Shown here one piece after another: positions 57,114-64,000 of a stretch of DNA of 64,000 nt (positions are counted from its first letter, which is position 1; each line of letters starts with the position of its first letter). Source of the DNA: the human T2T-CHM13v2.0 reference genome, Homo sapiens; NCBI GenBank assembly GCA_009914755.4, contig CP068257.2, positions 16,256,001-16,320,000 of the forward strand, read 5' to 3'. The position numbers were made by a program, and so were the translations under genes. Below the pieces are notes generated by a model. The model was not told where the DNA came from. It saw only the letters and a list, made by a program, of their open reading frames with translations, and made no database searches.

Positions 57114-57390
57114 AGTCTGGGTGTGGTGGCTCACGCCTGTAATTCCAGCACTTTGGGAGCCTGAGGTGAAAGGATCATGAGGTCAGGAGTCCAAGACCAG
57201 CCTGACCAACATGGTGAAACCTTGTCTCTACTAAAAATACAAACATTAGCTGGGTGTGGTGGTGCGTGCCTGTAATCCTAGCTACTCAGGAGGCTGAGGC
57301 AGGACAATCACTTGAACCCGGGAGGTGGAGGTTGCATGAGCTGAGACTGTGCCACTGCACTCCAGCCTGGGCGACAGAGCGAGACTCTGT
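57114..57390 (+). mobile_element. AluS SINE
   Basis: CTGGGTGTGGTGGCTCACGCCTGTAATTCCAGCACTTTGGGAGCCTGAGGTGAAAGGATCATGAGGTCAGGAGTCCAAGACCAGCCTGACCAACATGGTGAAACC ... GCGAGACTCTGTCTCAAAAAAAA. Confidence 0.9.
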
Positions 57391-57671
57391 CTCAAAAAAA
57401 ATTTTTTTAAATAAATAAATGTATAAATGTAAAGACTAAGAAGTTGAAATTAAGGATGAAAGCAGATTTAACATATAAACATTAAGCAAAAAGAAAAAAA
57501 TTTGTGTTGTGGCCATAATATCAGAAAAAGTAGATTTTAAGACAAGGAGTATTACAAGAGATAATGAGTGATATTTTGCAATAAGTGGTTAATTTATTGG
57601 GAAGGCATAAAAGTCTTAAGTATATACAAGAAAACTTCAAAATACACGATGTAAAAGGTGTCAGAAATAAA

Positions 57672-57907
57672 GGAAAGAAGAGATAAACCCAAGAACATAG
57701 TTGCAAATTTTAACATCCTTGTGAAGGTTAATTTTATGTATAAGCTTGACTGGGCCACTAGATATTCAGATATCTAGTTAAACATTATTTCTGGGTGTGT
57801 CTGTGAGTGTTTCTGGAAGAGATCAGCATTTGAATCAGTGAACTGAGTAAAGAAGGTTGTCCTCTCCAATGTGGGTGGGCAACCAATCTGTTGATGGCCT
57901 AACTAGA
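57672..57907. repeat. Donor copy of an exactly duplicated 236-bp segment (L1M ORF2 / MLT2 LTR junction)
   Basis: GGAAAGAAGAGATAAACCCAAGAACATAGTTGCAAATTTTAACATCC ... AATGTGGGTGGGCAACCAATCTGTTGATGGCCTAACTAGA recurs base-for-base at 60181-60416. Confidence 0.9.
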
Positions 57908-58335
57908 ACAAAGAGACAGAGGAAGGGAGAATTTGTTCTCTCTGCCTGACTGAGCTTGGACATCAGTCTTCTCCTGCATTGGACTGTGTTTATACCATCA
58001 GTGCAGCTGGTCCTCAGGCCTTTGGACTTGGATTGGAACTTGAAGTATTGGTTCTGTTGTTTCTCAGGCTTCAGACTCAGGCTGGAACTACACCACCAGC
58101 TTTCCTGAATCTCCAGCTTGCAGATACATATTGCAAGACACATGTTACAGCTCAGCCTCCATAATTCATAAGCCAATTCCTCCAATTATTCATAATTCTC
58201 TCTCTGTATATATTTATAAATATATATTTAAAATATAAATATATAATTCTTATATATTTATATTTTAAATTAAATCATATATTTTATATAATATCTATAA
58301 TTTTATGTAATGTATAATTTTTAAAAAATATTTAT
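57727..58335 (+). mobile_element. MLT2-type (ERVL) solo LTR; 3' end merges into an AT-rich simple repeat
   Basis: TTAATTTTATGTATAAGCTTGACTGGGCCACTAGATATTCAGATATCTAGTTAAACATTATTTCTGGGTGTGTCTGTGAGTGTTTCTGGAAGAGATCAGCATTTGAATCAGTGAACTGAGTAAAGAAGGTTGTCCTCTCCAATGTGGGTGGGC ... CAGCCTCCATAATTCATAAGCCAATTCCTCC follows the MLT2 consensus. Confidence 0.7.
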
Positions 58336-58345
58336 AATCTGGGTC

Positions 58346-58495
58346 TGTTTAGGCTACTGTCATAAACTTTTACTACCATCAACTGGATAGCTTATAGACA
58401 AGAGGAATTTATTTCTCACAGTTCTGGAGGCTGGAAAGTCCAAGATGAAGGCACAGGCAGATTCAGTGTCTGGTGAGAGCATGTCCATTAAGGTG
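58346..58495 (+). mobile_element. MLT1-type LTR 5' fragment
   Basis: TGTTTAGGCTACTGTCATAAACTTTTACTACCATCAACTGGATAGCTTATAGACAAGAGGAATTTATTTCTCACAGTTCTGGAGGCTGGAAAGTCCAAGATGAAGGCACAGGCAG. Confidence 0.55.
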
Positions 58496-59149
58496 TTCTA
58501 AGCAAAAGAGCAGTTCTTTTCTAAGAAATTTTTACCTTCAATGTTGACCAACTGAATAAAAATTCAGCCACCTTAAAAATGATAATTTCTTTTTTCACTG
58601 AAATAATCTTACCTGCCTGAAGTCATGGGATTAAATATTATCCTGGAGATTCATCTCATGATTGCAGGTGGCATTAAGTGAATGATTAAATGGCTATTCT
58701 TAATCTCCTATTGTCCATTTCTGAAAAAGTTTTCCTGAGAAAAACCCTGACTTCTTTAGTAGGGGTTGTGCTATTATTGTCATAGATGTAAATACTGTAC
58801 AATTGTTCTACTCCTTTCTCTTGAAATCTTACAACCTGACTTTAAGCTCCGCTGTTTTATTACTTTTTTTTCCTCTTGGAAACACCTTTAGTTTTCAGGA
58901 GAGTCCTAGGAATATTCAATTAAAATTCTGCATAATGACTCTTTAGACAGTCACCAGGGGAGTACTAATGCAGAAACCATGAGACCAGCTTATCTTAGAG
59001 TTGCCAAATATACCTGAAAATCATATAATGAGTGGATTGATATTGCACATAAGAGTCAGAGTAGTGGGAATTTTGATTTGCCCTCAGAAATGATGTGCTT
59101 TAGGGAAAAAAATTGCTTGCTTTTTTGGGAATAGACTTTTATAAAAACC

Positions 59150-59300
59150 TGAAGTGCTGTGAAGCAAGTCAGGGGATTTGGGTTCCAGGGCTTGCATGGT
59201 CACTTACTAATTCTGTGGTTAGATGTCTTCAATCCTTTATTTGTCAATAATTTGTGAGGCTGTTTTGAGGATTAAACAAGGATGTCTCAGAAAAGAGCTT
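59150..59300 (+). mobile_element. MIR SINE fragment
   Basis: GGTTCCAGGGCTTGCATGGTCACTTACTAATTCTGTGGTTAGATGTCTTCAATCCTTTATTTGTCAATAATTTGTGAGGCTGTTTTGAGGATTAAACAAGGATG parallels MIR GGTTCGAATCCCGGCTCTGCCACTTACTAGCTGTGTGACCTTGGGCAAG...GGGTTGTTGTGAGGATTAAATGAG. Confidence 0.5.
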
Positions 59301-59458
59301 CAGAAATATATTAAAGCCCATCTATCTGTTTGACTGAATGCCTTGATCCCGGAAGAAAAAGATTTTGAGGAGTTCATATAACTTTCAGGGAGTCTTTTCA
59401 TATGTTCTATGGGGATTGCAGGCTAGGAGTATCGAGTCAAAAGAGAAGCATCTCCATC

Positions 59459-59874
59459 TGATATAGTTTGAATATTTGTCTGCATCCAAATCTCATGTTG
59501 AGATGTAATCCCCAGTGTTGGAGATGGGGCCCAGTGGGAGGTGTTGGAATCACGGGGGTGGGTCCTTCATGAATGATTTGGGTCATCTCCTTGATGACAA
59601 GTGAACTCTTGCACTGAATTCACATGAGATCTGGTCTTTTAAAAATGTGTGACACCTCCCCTCACTCTCTCTCTCATGCTTCTCCTGCCATGACACGCCT
59701 GCTCCACCTTTATCTTATGCCATAATTGAAAGCCTCCTGAGGCCCCCCCAGAAGCAGATGCTAGCACTATGCTTCCTGCACAGCCTCCAGAACTGTGAGC
59801 TAATTAAACCTCTTTTCTTATAAATTACCTAGTCTCAGATATTTCTTTATTGCAATGCAAGAACAACCTAAGAT
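59459..59874 (+). mobile_element. MSTB-type MaLR solo LTR
   Basis: TGATATAGTTTGAATATTTGTCTGCATCCAAATCTCATGTTGAGATGTAATCCCCAGTGTTGGAGATGGGGCCCAGTGGGAGGTGTTGGAATCACGGGGGTGGGTCCTTCATGAATGATTTGGGTCATC ... CCCCCAGAAGCAGATGCTAGCACTATGCTTCCTGCACAGCCTCCAGAACTGTGAGCTAATTAAACC ... CAATGCAAGAACAACCTAAGATA. Confidence 0.8.
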
Positions 59875-59902
59875 ACCATCCTTCCAATCTTTATATCAGT
59901 TT

Positions 59903-60482
59903 CTTAGTCTGTTTGGGCTGGCATAACAAAAATATCAAAGACTAGATGGCTTATAAACAACATAAATTTATTTATCACAGTTCTGGAGGCTGAGAGGTCC
60001 AAGATCAAGGCACCAGCATATTCAGTGTCTGGTGAGGGCCCACTTCTGGTACCTTAGAGAGCTATCTTCTCACTGTGTTTTCATATGGCAGAAGGGGCCA
60101 GAAAATTATCTGGAGTTTTTTCTATGAGTGCACTAATCCCATTCATGAGAGCTGTGTCCTTATGACCTTAACCCCTCAAAGGAAAGAAGAGATAAACCCA
60201 AGAACATAGTTGCAAATTTTAACATCCTTGTGAAGGTTAATTTTATGTATAAGCTTGACTGGGCCACTAGATATTCAGATATCTAGTTAAACATTATTTC
60301 TGGGTGTGTCTGTGAGTGTTTCTGGAAGAGATCAGCATTTGAATCAGTGAACTGAGTAAAGAAGGTTGTCCTCTCCAATGTGGGTGGGCAACCAATCTGT
60401 TGATGGCCTAACTAGATGAGGCCCTCAAAGGCCTCATCCCAAATATATCACATTGGGGATTAGGTTTCAACATATGAATTAA
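59903..60482 (+). mobile_element. MLT1-type MaLR solo LTR interrupted at 60180-60421 by the 236-bp templated insertion
   Basis: TGTTTGGGCTGGCATAACAAAAATATCAAAGACTAGATGGCTTATAAACAACATAAATTTATTTATCACAGTTCTGGAGGCTGAGAGGTCCAAGATCAAGGCACCAGC ... CTTATGACCTTAACCCCTCAAAGG [insert] GCCCTCAAAGGCCTCATCCCAAATATATCACATTGGGGATTAGGTTTCAACATATGAATT. Confidence 0.7.
60181..60416. repeat. Inserted copy of the 236-bp segment, 100% identical to 57672-57907, followed by TGAG and flanked by 10-bp direct repeats CCCTCAAAGG
   Basis: Identical by eye over all 236 nt; CCCTCAAAGG occurs at 60173-60182 and 60422-60431. Confidence 0.9.
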
Positions 60483-63400
60483 ATCAGATAGTTGATAATT
60501 GTCCTGGATTTTTCTCTCTTATTCACTAACTCTATCTAATCAATCATTATGCTTTATCAACTGTGCCTCTTAGATATCTCTGGAGTCTACTTGAAATGCT
60601 CCACCTTGACCACCACCAACATGTTTAGGCCACAACCGTGTCTCATATCTAGTTTCATGTCAGTCTATTCTTCGGTTGCAGAATGATTTTAATAAAATGA
60701 ACATTGGATTATATAACTTTTTTACTTAAAATCTTTTACTGCTCCCTCCCTCCATCAAGATAGAGTTTAAACTTCGTACTCTTCCTACATGTTTCCTGAT
60801 CTTGCTCTTGCTTCCTTTGTATCTTCACCTCTATTCTCCTCCATGTTTTGTTCATCAGGCACTAGGAAACCACACAGGGTAGGTTGTTGTAATGTTATGA
60901 AGAAAATCCACTGTGATGGGACCATGAATAGTGGAAATTGGAGGTCTTTTTGTACCTTTTTTATATAAGCCTTTTGTATTGCTCATATTCTATAAACCAG
61001 AATCTTTATCTTCTGTTCAATAACCACAAAGTGCTAAAGGATCCAAGATATTAAAAGAGATGATGGTTCAAGAAATAGAGACAAAGCCACATTATAAAAA
61101 TAATAAAATATAAAATAAAATATAAAAATAATAAAAATAATCTCTTAGTGCAAATTAGTTCTCAAATCTAATCAAATAAAACAAGAGGTATCGGAGTCCT
61201 AAATATTGTTTATAAAGAAAATGTTTTGGACTTGGGAGTGTCTGTTTGACCTTACCTTTTAGGCAGCCTTTTTTTTTTCTTTATAAATACGCCTCAGAAC
61301 TGGAACTTCAAAAAATATTGATTTAAACTTTTTCTTCAGAGGGAAATGTCTTCATCAATTAGTACAGATTGTTATTGATGTTTCCAAGAAATTTTACAAC
61401 TTTTTGTTTGGCAGAATACTTCAGTCTCAACATCAAGGCCAAGAGTTTTTTTCTTACGCCTAACCAAGCCCTCCCTCCCTCTTTCTAATTTAGGCACATT
61501 TCCTGTCATTGTTTCCTTGGTCAAGATGAAGAATAATTTGGTTTATTTTTTTACTCACTGTAACATTTGTCATTAAATTTCCTCATGGGCTTTTCTTCTC
61601 CAGAGGAAATGATCCCAGTGCCTTTATTCTTTTCTCCAAATGATAGTTTTCTATTTTTCTCATTATATTTTATGTTTTTTGCCTTTCTGATCCCCTCTCA
61701 AATTTCTTCACATTCATGTAAACTGTAAAGACAAACACTGGGCACAGTATTCTATTAGGGTCAGACCATTGCCAAAAAAGAAGTGGAAGGTTGCTTCCTA
61801 GCTCTAGGCAAGTGACACTACTGTTAATATATCCTGGTATCATACTACTTCTCCCAACCCCCTTCTAATAACATTATCTTCAAAAGCATTTGTTCAATGT
61901 CTGTGTGCAAAGCCAGCTTTTAGAAGTATCAGAAGAAATTCAGATGCTCATCTGTTTCCATCAGACACTTGGTAGGAACAGGCATCCAGTGTTGGAAGCC
62001 AGAGGGATACAAAGAAGGAAGATTGTAAAACCAAAGTTAAGATTTTCTCAGTGGAAGTTAGTGAGAAAGTAGGAGTCTAAGATGGTAGTTTTGTCTAAAA
62101 TTTCTGGAAATATCAGGAGAGAGCAGTACAACAAAGGCAGGTTTACTTTGCAGTAAGCCTTTGATAATAGAATTCCGTTCATTCTCTGTATGGAGGGGAA
62201 ATGCACATGATATTTCAATGCAAACTTGATGGCCCTTTCTTGGTCCAGAGTGGTTCAGTGTATTCTTTCTGTTTTGTTGCAAGATTGGGGGACTCAGCCT
62301 GATTTCCTTGTCTTCTCTGGCTGACACTACACTGTCCCATGGATATTTTTCCTCTCCTTAGGTTTCTTCAGCTTGCTCTTTCTTTTTTGCCTCTAAAGAC
62401 AAAACTACACAAGTTCCTTCTATGTTAAGGATATAATTACCCCCGCTAAAAGGAAATAAGGAAAAAGGGAGATTTTTTAGAAAGCAGGAGGAAGGTACAT
62501 AGTTCACAAAAAGTGGCCACCAAGATGAACTATGTGCTACAAAATATTTCTGCCCCCAGCTTAAGTCCTGGGTGTCAAGTATTCTAAACCTATTGAATCT
62601 TTCTGACTGTGTTCTTAGAAGTGATCAAGGCCAGGTCATGAAGTAAAAATAACATGGTAATGAATCCATCCCTAATGTCTCTGAGGCTTTCCAATCAAGT
62701 TTACTCTGTCCACTACGTTTTTGGTGTTTAATTTCCTCAGTATTTCTCAATGTCTGTTGTGAGTATACAGTTTGATATTGTGAGGACATAGTTTAAAATT
62801 AAAACTCTAAATTAACAAGCCATTTGGGATCCAGAAAAGATCTGGAAATTCTATACTCTGACTTTTGATGAAAATCATGGATTCTGATCATCAATATTAA
62901 CTTGAGAAAATTCTCATTTTCCAAATACATATGAAGTAAATAAAAAAGGAAACGGGCAGAGAGCGCTCATAGGCTATAACATTTATTACAAGTAAGAAAA
63001 ACAACTGTTGTTATAAGGAATACATCTAGCTTGCTCCTAGGAAATTAATCTTATTTTTCTTTTTTACTTTCCAAAAGTTCACAGACTGAGTCAGTTGGCA
63101 TTTATATTTGTAATTTAGAGAAAGTAGGTCTTATCATGAAAAAGAGAAAATTATTTTCCTGCATTTCCATACTTAGGACAGTTTGGATGTTACTTTAAAA
63201 TGTTAAATTTAAAAAGTGATTCAATGTTCTAACAAATACACTCAGTGTAATTATATTTATAATTTTCAGGAAATTAAAATGTAATTACTGCCCTTTAGAA
63301 GATATTAGTTGCTGTGCTATGAAATATTATCTAACACTTCAGTGGTATCAGTATTGATATGGGCATTGGTGAACAGTGCGGGGGTGATAGAGGAGCAGAT

Positions 63401-64000
63401 GATTATGAGATGAAGAGTTGACAGAGAAGCCTGTCTTGTGTTGGATGACGTAGCTGGGTATAATGTATGTATTTGCCCCTCAAGATGCCTCAGGGATACA
63501 CTAGGCTTCTCCATGATACAGCAAATGAGGGGTTAATGCCTAGAAACAGGGTCTTCCTAAAACCCTGCACACACTTGGTATCCAAGCTTATTGGATTGAG
63601 AGTATTTTCGGCAAGTTGACAGAAACTCCATCTCTTATAGCTGGCCTGAATTTTCTTGTGTAAAAGTTGAGAATAATTATTAAATAAATATTCTAGTTTC
63701 TCAGCTAGTATGATTTATTAAATCCTTCAGTCAAGGGTATGTTAGATGATAGATTAAATGACTCCTCAAACACCAACATGCCTAGCATGCAGTGTTGCTT
63801 TCAAGGCTCTGTTGAGCACCCTGGCCAAATTCAATAACATGTCCCTAATTTTCAGATCCGAGGAAGATTTTTTTCAGTTCTCATCTTAACTTTCCAGAGA
63901 CATTTGATACAATTGAGTGTTCCTTGTTTTGAAACCTTTCTTGGCATTCCAGAAGCCAAGTTTTGGTCTCTTTGCTCACCAACTGTCATTCCTGTCTCCT

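Larger units (their letters stand above)
54960..57726 (+). mobile_element. Ancient L1 (L1M-type): ORF1 and ORF2 endonuclease region, interrupted by Alus and a THE1 LTR, truncated by an MLT2 LTR
   Basis: Plus-strand translation has L1M ORF1-like sequence in 55050-56060 and ORF2-EN-like sequence in 56500-57726 (..AILISDK.. region, KGVRNKGKKR); both boundaries approximate. Confidence 0.6.

Overview
The window is primate (almost certainly human) nuclear genomic DNA, not a prokaryotic locus. At least half of it is interspersed repeats. I recognised 16 Alu SINEs by sequence, most carrying poly-A tails and target-site duplications (TSDs). There are five or six L1 LINEs; three of them explain every long ORF in the six-frame track, which are L1 ORF1/ORF2 remnants. 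There are many MaLR/ERVL solo LTRs (THE1, MSTA, MSTB, MLT1, MLT2) and one full-length 2.3-kb THE1-class element with both LTRs and a 5-bp TSD. Other elements are a 968-bp HERV-K (HML-2) LTR5 solo LTR with TSD nested in an L1, LTR12 (HERV9) fragments, MIR fragments and several CA/TG/TATG microsatellites. I could not support any cellular protein-coding exon, rRNA, tRNA, CRISPR array or operon; the ORFs outside L1 are short, lack recognisable domains and are probably spurious. I found no novel biological system. The observations worth a second look are structural.

- An exact 236-bp templated insertion flanked by a 10-bp direct repeat, copied from 2.5 kb upstream.
- A pair of 117-bp direct repeats at 96% identity flanking an LTR.
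- A rearranged L1 with an antisense-oriented internal segment, a nested L1 3' fragment and a tail-less Alu.
- Young-looking insertions (an L1PA fragment, Alus with long pure tails, the LTR5 solo LTR) that could be polymorphic.

Coordinates are read by eye from the numbered sequence and may be off by a few bases. Subfamily names are from memory of consensus sequences, not from database searches.
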